Of a DNA stretch of 64,000 bases, positions 18,624 to 27,050 are shown piece by piece. Made by a program: the position numbers and the translations under genes. This DNA comes from a virus (Duplodnaviria; Caudoviricetes): the IMG/VR virus record IMGVR_UViG_3300007754_000852. The stretch is one strand, 5' to 3'. Each line of letters opens with the position of its first letter. Position 1 is the stretch's first letter. The notes under the pieces are model-generated. The model saw only the letters and a program-made list of their open reading frames with translations. It was not told where the DNA came from and made no database searches.

Positions 18624-18627
18624 CTAT

Positions 18628-18852
18628 TCACGAATTCATATTTTTCTTTTCTATTTCACTAATTAGCAGGTTGATTCTTCCTGACTTGCAAAGCTCTCTA
18701 TGGACAGACATAACAGATAAAATATTCCACTCATCAGCAACTTTAACCCATGCTGTTTCGAGATCGCTATCAGAACAATTAAGCATAAATGCTACTGTAC
18801 TATCAATTTCATCTGCTGTTGGACTATATTCATATTGATTTTTTTCTGTCAT
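18628..18852 (-). CDS. Hypothetical protein
   Basis: Tiling ORF with GGAG SD. Confidence 0.55.
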   Translation of the reverse strand: MTEKNQYEYSPTADEIDSTVAFMLNCSDSDLETAWVKVADEWNILSVMSVHRELCKSGRINLLISEIEKKNMNS

Positions 18853-18887
18853 TTTTTTACTCCTTAAAGAAGTATAACACTCGCTGT

Positions 18888-19076
18888 CTACTCTTTATTC
18901 TTTTTTTTACTCGGATGAATTTTATCTGGATATAGGCTTTTAATGCGATGTCTTTGCACTATTTGTCTTTCAAACTCATTCCAGTCTTTTCTTTCCTGTG
19001 ACGGAATCACGACAAACAAGTAGATTAAAAGAATTATTATTACAACAGAAGATACAAACAAAAACAAAAACATCAC
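18888..19076 (-). CDS. Small membrane protein
   Basis: N-terminal TM helix. Confidence 0.55.
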   Translation of the reverse strand: MMFLFLFVSSVVIIILLIYLFVVIPSQERKDWNEFERQIVQRHRIKSLYPDKIHPSKKKNKE

Positions 19077-19480
19077 TCTTTTTCGTTAAATTTCATCCAG
19101 CCGCACGGAATAAATACAGATTCGACATCTTTAATATTATGTCTTACTGGTTTAAAGTCACTATCAACTGAAACGATTATGATGTTTTCAATTATTAAAA
19201 AATCACTATTGTTTTCAATGTTTGTGACCTTTGCTTCGAGAGACAACGATGACGAACCTATATTTTTAACTCCGATCCTGACTTCTAGCATGTTATCTTT
19301 TCTTACGGGATTAACAATGTCAATTTTTGAAATATGCTTTATTAGACATTTTAATCCAGACATCGATTCGGCATGTTTTATGAGTTCATCATATATCCAG
19401 GTAAAAAATACATCACTTTTAAGAAGTCCACTTTTGTCAAGATCTTCCTGCCTTACAAGTCTTTTTATGTTGTATTTCAC
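19073..19480 (-). CDS. Hotdog-fold acyl-CoA thioesterase-like protein
   Basis: LVRQEDLDKSG...IDIVNPV...IGSSSL...VSVDSDFKPV. Confidence 0.75.
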   Translation of the reverse strand: MKYNIKRLVRQEDLDKSGLLKSDVFFTWIYDELIKHAESMSGLKCLIKHISKIDIVNPVRKDNMLEVRIGVKNIGSSSLSLEAKVTNIENNSDFLIIENIIIVSVDSDFKPVRHNIKDVESVFIPCGWMKFNEKE

Positions 19481-19736
19481 AGTTTTTTGATGCCTTTATT
19501 CTTTCAAGCTTTTGAGATCTGTTAAGTTTTTTAAATTTACACTCTTCTTTTAGTGCAATAGATCGTGACTCAAACTGAGCCCACCAAATTAACATAACTG
19601 GTCTTCTTGACCTCGTATACTTTGCACCTCTCTTTGACTCATTGTGCTCTTTAACTCTACGAGAGACATCTGTTGTAATTCCCGTATACAATGTGTCATC
19701 TGAACATGACACAACATATACAAACCACGGTTTCAC
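19437..19736 (-). CDS. GIY-YIG nuclease (UPF0213-like)
   Basis: VYVVSCSDDTLYTGITTDVSRRVKEHN...GAKYTR. Confidence 0.92.
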   Translation of the reverse strand: MKPWFVYVVSCSDDTLYTGITTDVSRRVKEHNESKRGAKYTRSRRPVMLIWWAQFESRSIALKEECKFKKLNRSQKLERIKASKNCEIQHKKTCKAGRS

Positions 19737-20005
19737 TATTCTATTTCAGTTAGCTTAAATCGTAGTAAAATGTCTCTACCGTCAATATCTTGAATTGTTG
19801 TCTCATAGTCGTAGTCGTCACCAGTCACAAGATCATAATACTCATCTGACTCTATCACGTCTTGTGCTGTTCTTTTTCCAGTGTGAATATTTTTAGCAAA
19901 CGTCTTTTCAACTTTTTTATAAAAGCCATTCTTGCACCGTTTAAAACAAAGCGAGCTTTCAATAATAAGATCTGGAGCCGATGATCTTATCTGTTTTGTC
20001 CCCAT
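19736..20005 (-). CDS. Hypothetical protein
   Basis: Tiling ORF. Confidence 0.55.
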   Translation of the reverse strand: MGTKQIRSSAPDLIIESSLCFKRCKNGFYKKVEKTFAKNIHTGKRTAQDVIESDEYYDLVTGDDYDYETTIQDIDGRDILLRFKLTEIE

Positions 20006-20202
20006 TAATCGAGCCTCATGAGATCATCAGCCCTAAACTCAACAACTTCATCGTTATTGTTGAGTTTTACCTTTATCATGAACAGAGGCTCCATTGCACC
20101 ACCAACCATCCATTGTGAGCTTACCTGATGATACATGTCAATCACGACGCCCTTTTGGCTCATATTGTGAAACGGTGCAACTTTGTCTCCGATCTTTATC
20201 AT
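20005..20202 (-). CDS. SH3/KOW-like small protein
   Basis: MIKIGDKV...GVVIDM. Confidence 0.7.
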   Translation of the reverse strand: MIKIGDKVAPFHNMSQKGVVIDMYHQVSSQWMVGGAMEPLFMIKVKLNNNDEVVEFRADDLMRLD

Positions 20203-20256
20203 CTGTTTGTAACTATATTGCTACTAACAATTTTGTATATATAACTATGAATAAAT

Positions 20257-20526
20257 TCAGTGATGATGATGTCTGTGATGATGATGTCTGTGATGATTCA
20301 TTCTTGTGTGATAATGACACTCAGTCAGCTTCCAGTGACCTCTTACAACTACACCCCTGACGCTGTGTCGTGGAATCCACTTCCATACAAGATGAGAATT
20401 GTGTCTTGCTGCGTGCTGCCTCTTGTGAGAATTATGAGAGATATCAGTGTGAGCAGATGCTGCACCCATTATCATAAAAACCGCTTGCAATAATAAAAAC
20501 TTCTTAATCATGCCACTTCCTTTCAT
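20257..20526 (-). CDS. Secreted His-rich small protein
   Basis: Signal peptide ending ASA; WKWIP...VRGHW; C-terminal HHRHHHHRHHHH. Confidence 0.65.
   Translation of the reverse strand: MKGSGMIKKFLLLQAVFMIMGAASAHTDISHNSHKRQHAARHNSHLVWKWIPRHSVRGVVVRGHWKLTECHYHTRMNHHRHHHHRHHHH
20261..20297. repeat. 15-bp tandem repeat (about 2.5 copies) encoding the His tail
   Basis: tgatgatgatgtctg x2 + tgatgat. Confidence 0.8.
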
Positions 20527-20551
20527 CTATTATAAGCATGAGAATAGAGAT

Positions 20552-20821
20552 TCATTCAGTAAATTGCTGCATCACATCTAGCTCTTCTTCAAGAAAGCTT
20601 TTCCTAGCTCCGTTTACACTAACAGAATAACTGACTGACAAAGTGCTCTTGCCATTTGACATGCTGTCATACAATGATATCTCATATGATCCTAATATCG
20701 TCCCAGCTTCCTTTTTATCATATGTCACAACTCCATCAACAACTGATGGATTTATTAAGATGGCAACTGTATCACCTTTATTATATTTTTTAGTCACAGC
20801 GCAATTTATCCTTAATAACAA
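20552..20821 (-). CDS. SH3/KOW-like small protein
   Basis: YNKGDTV...FLEEELDV. Confidence 0.55.
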   Translation of the reverse strand: MLLRINCAVTKKYNKGDTVAILINPSVVDGVVTYDKKEAGTILGSYEISLYDSMSNGKSTLSVSYSVSVNGARKSFLEEELDVMQQFTE

Positions 20822-20847
20822 TATCTTCTTTTATTTACACACATCAC

Positions 20848-21072
20848 TCAGCTGTCTAAGTCAATTCTATCTATAATAACAACTACCTGATATCCCATAA
20901 ACGTCAGAGGCAATGACCTTCTAACACTTTCAGAATCCTCAGGGTTTGCTACTACCTCTATCAAGGAGCCAAATGAGCTATAGCATATTTTTGCATCATA
21001 TTCACATGATAGCATCTTAGGCAATCCTTTTTTAAACTCCTTAAAGACTTTAGATATCGATTCTTTTTTCAC
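20848..21072 (-). CDS. Hypothetical protein
   Basis: Tiling ORF. Confidence 0.5.
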   Translation of the reverse strand: MKKESISKVFKEFKKGLPKMLSCEYDAKICYSSFGSLIEVVANPEDSESVRRSLPLTFMGYQVVVIIDRIDLDS

Positions 21073-21075
21073 TGA

Positions 21076-21594
21076 TTAAAATCCCATCTGTTTAACAGTT
21101 TCATATAATAGTATATTTGCGACCTGTGATGTGTTTAAACAGTATCCAACACCGGGCATGGGAATGTGAATAATGTCACTATTTCTTAGAATCTCTGCTG
21201 GGACTCCGGTCTCCTCATTGCCAACCACCAGACACACTCGACATGTAAAGTCAAATCTATAAGAGCCAATTGGTCTTGATCCCTCGCAGATTTCTGCTGA
21301 TACGAGTTTGATCCTTTCACCCTCAGCCCAATCTAAAAAATCGCGAGGTGATGAGTGTTGTTTGATATCTACAAAGTCACATAGACTTCCAGACAAAGGG
21401 TTTAACATCTTTCGTTTCGGAACTGATCCGATTACATGCACTCGCTCTGCTCCAAAACATGCTGCAGCCCTTATTAGATACCCAAGATTTCCATCATGCA
21501 TAAAATTAATACAACAAAGACTAACGGGGTATGACTTAGCATTTTTCAATTTTAGGCTATATCTCTCTCTTCTAGTATTGCTTCGCGTATTCAC
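21076..21594 (-). CDS. SpoU/TrmH-family RNA 2'-O-methyltransferase (SPOUT)
   Basis: GNLGYLIRAAACFG, LVVGNEETGV, HIPMPG..CLNTSQ. Confidence 0.92.
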   Translation of the reverse strand: MNTRSNTRRERYSLKLKNAKSYPVSLCCINFMHDGNLGYLIRAAACFGAERVHVIGSVPKRKMLNPLSGSLCDFVDIKQHSSPRDFLDWAEGERIKLVSAEICEGSRPIGSYRFDFTCRVCLVVGNEETGVPAEILRNSDIIHIPMPGVGYCLNTSQVANILLYETVKQMGF

Positions 21595-22079
21595 TTATCT
21601 CTCTCACTATCATCCTTTAACATCGAATCATTAGAAAGATCATCAAGATAATCAAACTGTAGCTTCTGAAGATTGCATGTAAAAAACGGATCCTTCTCTT
21701 CAAATTCCTTTAGATACTTTTCATCTATGATTGTCTGAAATGTTATGACTCCGCTATCTTTCATCTTTTTTACATAGAACGGATTATCATCATAATAAAC
21801 AGATATGTTATGAGATCTTATCTGATCTAGCTTGTGATCCGCCATTCTCTTAAAATGATCAAGGGTCATATCTGATTTATCATACTCAAAGCCGCACAAA
21901 ATATCATCATACATATCTTCAGTGATTTTCAAGCTATTCAGACCTTCAGATATCTCATTTTTTCTAGAAGCAGGTGTTCCAGTTACTATGTAGATCTTTC
22001 CCTTCCAAAGTCTTATTAGCTCTATAAAAAAGTCAGGAGAATATGAAAGCGTGTCGTGAAAATCAATTCCAATGTTCAT
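21591..22079 (-). CDS. HAD-superfamily phosphatase
   Basis: IGIDFHDTL (motif I), VTG (II), K (III), YYDDNP (IV); upstream ORF extension overlaps tRNA-Ser, so start at 22079. Confidence 0.85.
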   Translation of the reverse strand: MNIGIDFHDTLSYSPDFFIELIRLWKGKIYIVTGTPASRKNEISEGLNSLKITEDMYDDILCGFEYDKSDMTLDHFKRMADHKLDQIRSHNISVYYDDNPFYVKKMKDSGVITFQTIIDEKYLKEFEEKDPFFTCNLQKLQFDYLDDLSNDSMLKDDSERDK

Positions 22080-22105
22080 CTTGCGCACCTTTTTAAAGAT
22101 AAATA

Positions 22106-22193
22106 TGGCAGTGAGGGTGGGATTCGAACCCACGGTGCCTTACAACACTCAGGTTTTCAAGACCTGCGCCTTAAGCCTCTCGGCCACCTCACT
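22106..22193 (-). tRNA. tRNA-Ser(UGA)
   Basis: AGTGAGG/CCTCACT acceptor, G73-CCA, CAGGT-CTTGAAA-ACCTG anticodon arm, long V-arm, TTCGAAT T-loop. Confidence 0.95.
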
Positions 22194-22198
22194 AGTTG

Positions 22199-22265
22199 TG
22201 GAGCCTCCGGTCAGATTCGAACTGAGAACTGGCCGCGGAGATTCTAACCACTGAATTAAGTGCCC
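22199..22265 (-). pseudogene. Chimeric anticodon-less tRNA remnant
   Basis: 5' GGGCACT plus intact D-arm, only 14 nt to the T-arm (canonical about 23), 3' acceptor CGGAGGC-T-CCA does not pair with GGGCACT. Confidence 0.75.
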
Positions 22266-22271
22266 TGAGAA

Positions 22272-22358
22272 TGGAGCTCAGAGTGGGATTCAAACCCACG
22301 ACGTACTTTCGTATCAGGATTACAAAACCTGTTCCTTCGATCACTCGGACATCTGAGC
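22272..22358 (-). tRNA. tRNA-Thr(UGU) with non-canonical long variable arm
   Basis: GCTCAGA/TCTGAGC acceptor, U73-CCA, anticodon loop TTTGTAA, V-arm TAC-GAAA-GTA, T-loop TTTGAAT. Confidence 0.75.
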
Positions 22359-23105
22359 ATTAAAATTTTTATACTTACTATAGCCTCTCCTGAAGCAATG
22401 TTCATCATAAAATTCTGGCATCAATCGTCTCAATCGCCTGCCTGTAACTTGAGAAACTTCGCCAAAACGTTCGCTAAGCTTTTCTACCCACCCAAACTTT
22501 GAAAAATCAATTTCTCCAGATTCGTGTAAATCTTTTACTTTCTCTACGAACTTCTTATTAAACTCTTCTTTCAATTCTTTCAAGGTCGATCTTTCTTTCT
22601 GATATTTTTCAAAATCCTTGTTTCCTTTTCGAATTCTAGCTGACGTTTTCTTGTTGCTTTTCCTGCCCCAGTTTCGAAAATTTGAAGTTAGTGCATGACA
22701 ATTTGGACACAAAACCCTGAGATTATCTTTTGAATTATTCTTATGATTTCCATCAATGTGATCGATCTCTAGTATTGAACTTCCACACTTTCTCGTTTTA
22801 TCAAACCCACACTCTGAACATTTGAAATTTACTTCTTGGATCAAAATATTTCTTTTAATGGCCCATCCCACTTCGTTCCATGATCTTTTGCAGAATCGAT
22901 TATGAGCTGCTCGCGCCCTGTGTGTATCAAACTGTCTACTACACTCATCACATTTATGATTTCCTAGCGCGTTTAAATCTCTACGCCTTTGTATTTTTCG
23001 ATTTTTTGATCCTTCTCCATTACAAGCTACTATATGCTTACTAATATTATTAGCACTAAAATAGTCATTGCACAACTCGCAGTGTTTCATTTTGTTTGCT
23101 GACAT
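22341..23105 (-). mobile_element. HNH endonuclease (putative homing endonuclease) with zinc-finger motifs, inside the tRNA cluster
   Basis: CSECG...LEIDHIDGNHKNNSKDNLRVLCPNCHA; CELC and CDEC fingers; 3' end overlaps tRNA-Thr. Confidence 0.92.
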
Positions 23106-23155
23106 ACATATCTATTATATAGACAATTCGAACTTTTGTTTAGGATAAGATAAAG

Positions 23156-23182
23156 TGCAATAGGCCACTATGCGACGGAGGC
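23156..23182 (-). pseudogene. Orphan 5' half of a tRNA (probably Thr)
   Basis: GCCTCCG-TC-GCAT-AGTGGCCTA-TTGC-A; acceptor strand is 7/7 complementary to CGGAGGC in the 3' half at 22199-22232. Confidence 0.75.
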
Positions 23183-23218
23183 AATAAGTAAAAGAACGAA
23201 AAGAACGAGCTGTCTAAC

Positions 23219-23635
23219 TTACGAGAGCGTGGTCTCGGTGATCTCAACCCTGAAGGTTGTCTCATTGATATACTCTGGCTCCCACAGCTCATCAGCGTGG
23301 CACTGAAAGAACATCACGAGATCACTCAGGCACGGCTCACCGTCAGCGTGGAGGTCAGCCCACTCAATCCCTGCATTGATCCGAGCAGGGATGTCACACC
23401 ACATGTCCTCCTCATTCCAGCTGTCATAGAGGTACATCTTTGTATACTCCTTTACAAGACAACGCTCAGCGTCCTCGCGGCTCTTGAACGTGCCGACAAC
23501 GTTAGAGTATGTCTCAGCACGCTTGTAACAGTCGATCTCATCGAATTTTGTCACGGTATACACCGTCTCAACGGCGTCTTCCACCTCAACATTATCTGTT
23601 TCCTCTGCTGTATTTTTAAACCTAACTGTGATCAT
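23219..23635 (-). CDS. Hypothetical protein
   Basis: 138-aa ORF with GGGAG SD, visibly higher GC than flanks. Confidence 0.65.
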   Translation of the reverse strand: MITVRFKNTAEETDNVEVEDAVETVYTVTKFDEIDCYKRAETYSNVVGTFKSREDAERCLVKEYTKMYLYDSWNEEDMWCDIPARINAGIEWADLHADGEPCLSDLVMFFQCHADELWEPEYINETTFRVEITETTLS

Positions 23636-23671
23636 ACTATTTCTCCCTTATGTTGTTTTGATAGCAAAATT

Positions 23672-23756
23672 TGGTAGGCACGGTAGGACTCGAACCTACA
23701 TGCACCAATTACCCTAGTTTTATGCACGGTATATAAGACCGCTGGGATACGTGCCC
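23672..23756 (-). ncRNA. D-armless tRNA-like RNA with UAU anticodon loop
   Basis: GGGCACG/CGTGCCT acceptor, A73-CCA, perfect T-arm, GCGGT-CTTATAT-ACCGT arm, only 5 nt in place of the D-arm, 26-nt extra arm. Confidence 0.75.
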
Positions 23757-23775
23757 AAATAATTCATCTATGTCA

Positions 23776-23804
23776 ATTATATTCTAATCGTTACACATTT
23801 ACAC
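23776..23804 (-). promoter_or_regulatory. Class I promoter upstream of the D-armless RNA
   Basis: GTGTAAA tgtgtaacgattagaa TATAAT. Confidence 0.75.
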
Positions 23805-23811
23805 GAAAAAG

Positions 23812-23886
23812 TGGCTGGGGCGGGAGGGGTCGAACCTCCAGCTTCGGCATTAACAGTGCCGCGTTCTGCCATTGAACTACACCCCA
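23812..23886 (-). tRNA. tRNA-Asn(GUU)
   Basis: TGGGGTG/CGCCCCA acceptor, G73-CCA, CGGCA-CTGTTAA-TGCCG anticodon arm. Confidence 0.95.
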
Positions 23887-24132
23887 TCACTGTTGCTCAT
23901 TCTCATCAGAAGTAAAAGCCTCACCGATGATCTTGCTGATGCCCTTGACATATCCTGGATTATGTGTGTTGTTGACATCAAGCCAGACTCTGACCCAGTC
24001 ATCCCAGACGACTTGGATCTTATCGAGTGGATAGACCTCCATGACTGTTCCAAGTTTGCCTGTTTTTTGACATTGAACTCTGTCACCGTACAGATAGTTA
24101 TTTGACATCTGTGTTAGCATCTTCTTTTTCAT
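23887..24132 (-). CDS. SH3/KOW-like small protein
   Basis: YLYGDRV...LGTVMEV...IQVVWD. Confidence 0.7.
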   Translation of the reverse strand: MKKKMLTQMSNNYLYGDRVQCQKTGKLGTVMEVYPLDKIQVVWDDWVRVWLDVNNTHNPGYVKGISKIIGEAFTSDENEQQ

Positions 24133-24143
24133 GATATATCCTT

Positions 24144-24172
24144 ATTATACACAATAGGCAAAGAAATTACAC
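24144..24172 (-). promoter_or_regulatory. Class I promoter
   Basis: GTGTAAT ttctttgcctattgtg TATAAT. Confidence 0.75.
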
Positions 24173-24173
24173 A

Positions 24174-25244
24174 CTATAGCAACTTAATGTGAGTGGAGCT
24201 TTCAATCGCTCCTGATGATGTCTGACAGATGAATCTTGCCTTTGCATGAAGCTCATCGATGTTTATTGCGCCGGTATATGACAAACCTGATCTGATTCCT
24301 GCGCCTATCTCTCTTAAGACGCTATCGACAGACCCCTTTGTCTGAACTATGGTTGACACTCCCTCAAGAGATGACGCGTGACCTCGCCAGTCAATTTGAG
24401 CCTCTGCAGATGCCATTCCACGATAGGCCTTATACGTCTTATCACCTTTATAAATTATCTCACCTGGAGATTCAAGTGTGCCTGATAACATTGACCCTAG
24501 CATTACAAAGTCTGCACCTGCCGCAAGAGCTTTGACGATATCTCCGCTATTTTTAATTCCGCCATCCGCAACAATCTGTACAGATCCAGCAAACTCTGAT
24601 GACGATATGTCAAGAATAGATTGAAATGTTGGAACACCATGACCAGTTTGAATTCGAGTGGAACATATCGATCCACCTCCCACACCTACTCTAACACTTG
24701 TCGCGCCCCACCTTGACAGGTCATCAAACCCTTCTCTTGTTGCAACATTTCCTGCCATGATATGAACATCTCTAATCTCTTTACGAAGAGCCTCAAGAGC
24801 AGTTTTCATCATTGTGTGATGACCATGAGCAACATCAACACATAGAACTTTTACACCTGATCTCACTAGCTCTACTGCTCTATCAACATAATCACCTGTT
24901 ATTCCAATAGCTGCGCCAACATTTTTTACTCCATTCCTTCGTGCGATCAAAACCTCAGACACCTGATCGTCGATTGTATTGTATCTATGAATTATTCCCA
25001 TTCCACCAGATAGGCACATCTTCTCTGCCATAGCTCCGCAAGTTACAGTATCCATTGGGCTTGAAAAAATAGGAAGACCTAATCGACCGACCCTCTCCAA
25101 AGATGATCCTATGTCTATCTTAGACCTGCTTCTAATTTCAGAGTACTGTGGAACCAACAGGACATCATCAAAACAAAGGCCTGTCATAAATTTTTCATAA
25201 TTTTTCTTACTAATAAGCATGTGATCTCCCGCAATATTTCTCAC
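24174..25244 (-). CDS. guaB: IMP dehydrogenase / GMP reductase family protein (no CBS pair)
   Basis: [33 protein letters not shown] catalytic Cys, ADGGI, YRGMAS; IMPDH vs GMPR not resolved. Confidence 0.88.
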   Translation of the reverse strand: MRNIAGDHMLISKKNYEKFMTGLCFDDVLLVPQYSEIRSRSKIDIGSSLERVGRLGLPIFSSPMDTVTCGAMAEKMCLSGGMGIIHRYNTIDDQVSEVLIARRNGVKNVGAAIGITGDYVDRAVELVRSGVKVLCVDVAHGHHTMMKTALEALRKEIRDVHIMAGNVATREGFDDLSRWGATSVRVGVGGGSICSTRIQTGHGVPTFQSILDISSSEFAGSVQIVADGGIKNSGDIVKALAAGADFVMLGSMLSGTLESPGEIIYKGDKTYKAYRGMASAEAQIDWRGHASSLEGVSTIVQTKGSVDSVLREIGAGIRSGLSYTGAINIDELHAKARFICQTSSGAIESSTHIKLL

Positions 25245-26857
25245 ACAAAGCTTTTCTTAAACTCTTCAGGAAACATATCTCTATTCTGTCTAAAGAATCT
25301 TTCCCAGTCAGAATCTAGAATGTACGTTACAGCACTATCATCTTCTGATCTTACACTTCGTCCTGCAGACTGAACTATCTTTTTTGCAGTCTGTAGGGGA
25401 TACCATCCTTTCCACTTATTCATTCTCTTCTTTATAAGCGGATCTCCAAGATAGGGATATGGAATCTTCATTATGATCTGAAATCTTGATAGATCACCGT
25501 GAAGGTCAACACCCTCAGACATTGAAGGTGATAGTAAAACTGTCGGCTCTTTTGATCTCATGTGCTTTCTTAGAATCTCATCCCTGTTTTCACTAGTATG
25601 AATTAAAAGCCTCTTTGACCTAATGTGACTCTTTAGATATTTTGCAATTCGATAAGTGTGGCAGTGAATAACTCCCTTCGAATTCTTGTGTTCCTTTAGA
25701 ATTTCTCTAACCGCTTGCGTCATTTTCGGAAGAGACATATCAATGTTTTTAGCACTCATACTTCCAATCGGATATGATATCACGGGTCGATTCTCAACAG
25801 CAAACGGTGAGGGAATTGAAATAAATGCGACATCAGACTCATCAAGACCTAGAGATCTACAAAATGTCTTGTGATCTAATATCGTCGCTGACATCATAAG
25901 AATCTTATCACCCAACCTGAACAGATATTCGTCAGCAAAAGGAGACACATCAATTGCCTTGAATACAAACTTCCTCTTCGATCGACCGTATGCGCTGACA
26001 CTATCCATCACCCAGTTATCTTTATCGTATACCTTGAGAAACTTTTCAATTTTTCCAACGTGAGACTTTAGCATGTCATACTGCTTTGAAAGTGATGCAA
26101 ATTCCTTAATTCTGCTTTTAAGACCCGTCTCTTTAAGCGTCTTATCCATGTGGCTAAGCTGTGATTTGATCTTAGGAAAATATGTCTCCTTCATCCACTT
26201 CACAACCTGAAACTGTGTGGTGTGGACAGGCCATGATATCTTCAATGCGTGCTTAACAAACCTCTCAGAGACTGTTACTTCAACAAACTTACTCAGCTCA
26301 GATTCAATATTGTGACACTCATCTATCACAAGAACGCGTCTAGGGGTTATCTTTCTAGAAAATGCTGCTTCTGTTAGAAAATATGGAAAATTTGTAACAG
26401 ACGAAGGTGAATCTAGAAACTTTTGTTTTGCATTTTTGTATGTGCAATTATATGTGCACACCTTAAAGAAGCGACTGTCTTTGTCTTCATTTCTTATTAG
26501 CCTCTGCGATTCTTGACATGAATTTTTTTTATGATATGAGCACTTATAATTTGACGAAGACTTTATTGACTTCATGCTCCCACGACGGCATCCGAAGTCA
26601 TTTTCATATTGATCTTGCAAGATCTTTTGAGTCGTTACAAAATATGATCCAGGAGAATATTCATCGACACTGCCAAGATTGTTATTTAAATATCTTGAAA
26701 CAGTTAGTCCAATTGCTGATTTTCCTGTTCCAGTTCCTGACTCTAAGATAACTAGCTTTTTTTCATTGTTGATAAATGCATTTAACGCAAAGTTAATTGC
26801 TTTAACCTGACAATCTCTGATCTTTTCGTGTGGAAATAATTTAGTATAGTCAAACAT
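25241..26857 (-). CDS. DinG/XPD-family SF2 helicase
   Basis: SGTGTGKS, Cys cluster, IDECHN, MSATI, EGVDL, KIPYP, QSAGRSVRSEDD. Confidence 0.93.
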   Translation of the reverse strand: MFDYTKLFPHEKIRDCQVKAINFALNAFINNEKKLVILESGTGTGKSAIGLTVSRYLNNNLGSVDEYSPGSYFVTTQKILQDQYENDFGCRRGSMKSIKSSSNYKCSYHKKNSCQESQRLIRNEDKDSRFFKVCTYNCTYKNAKQKFLDSPSSVTNFPYFLTEAAFSRKITPRRVLVIDECHNIESELSKFVEVTVSERFVKHALKISWPVHTTQFQVVKWMKETYFPKIKSQLSHMDKTLKETGLKSRIKEFASLSKQYDMLKSHVGKIEKFLKVYDKDNWVMDSVSAYGRSKRKFVFKAIDVSPFADEYLFRLGDKILMMSATILDHKTFCRSLGLDESDVAFISIPSPFAVENRPVISYPIGSMSAKNIDMSLPKMTQAVREILKEHKNSKGVIHCHTYRIAKYLKSHIRSKRLLIHTSENRDEILRKHMRSKEPTVLLSPSMSEGVDLHGDLSRFQIIMKIPYPYLGDPLIKKRMNKWKGWYPLQTAKKIVQSAGRSVRSEDDSAVTYILDSDWERFFRQNRDMFPEEFKKSFV

Positions 26858-26909
26858 AATCTTGTATTTTTATTCTATCCCGCTATTTTTGACACTGCTA
26901 TGTTAATTG

Positions 26910-26996
26910 TGGTAGGGCGAGAGGGACTCGAACCCTCAAGGGCAAATTGCCCAGCGGGTTTTAAGCCCGCCTCGTAGACCATTCCGACATCACCCC
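26910..26996 (-). tRNA. tRNA-Leu(UAA), intronless
   Basis: GGGGTGA/TCGCCCT acceptor, A73-CCA, GCGGG-CTTAAAA-CCCGC, long V-arm. Confidence 0.95.
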
Positions 26997-27021
26997 AAAG
27001 CTTGTATCTCATTTCAGAAAT

Positions 27022-27050
27022 ATTATACATCAGCTTCTACAGGTTTACAC
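27022..27050 (-). promoter_or_regulatory. Class I promoter upstream of tRNA-Leu
   Basis: GTGTAAA cctgtagaagctgatg TATAAT. Confidence 0.8.

Noticed and set aside
22199-23182. Group I intron or spliceable tRNA intron carrying the HNH gene
   Set aside because: The sequences flanking the halves do not rebuild an anticodon stem (CTTTA vs CGGCC), no intron core was recognised, and the insert contains other tRNA genes.
23190-23207. Short direct repeat aaaagaacg x2
   Set aside because: It is too short and has no clear hairpin; probably incidental.
23672-23756. tmRNA (which also lacks a D-stem)
   Set aside because: It is only 85 nt from 5' end to CCA, has no tag-reading frame and no G3:U70 alanine identity pair, and has an anticodon-like arm.
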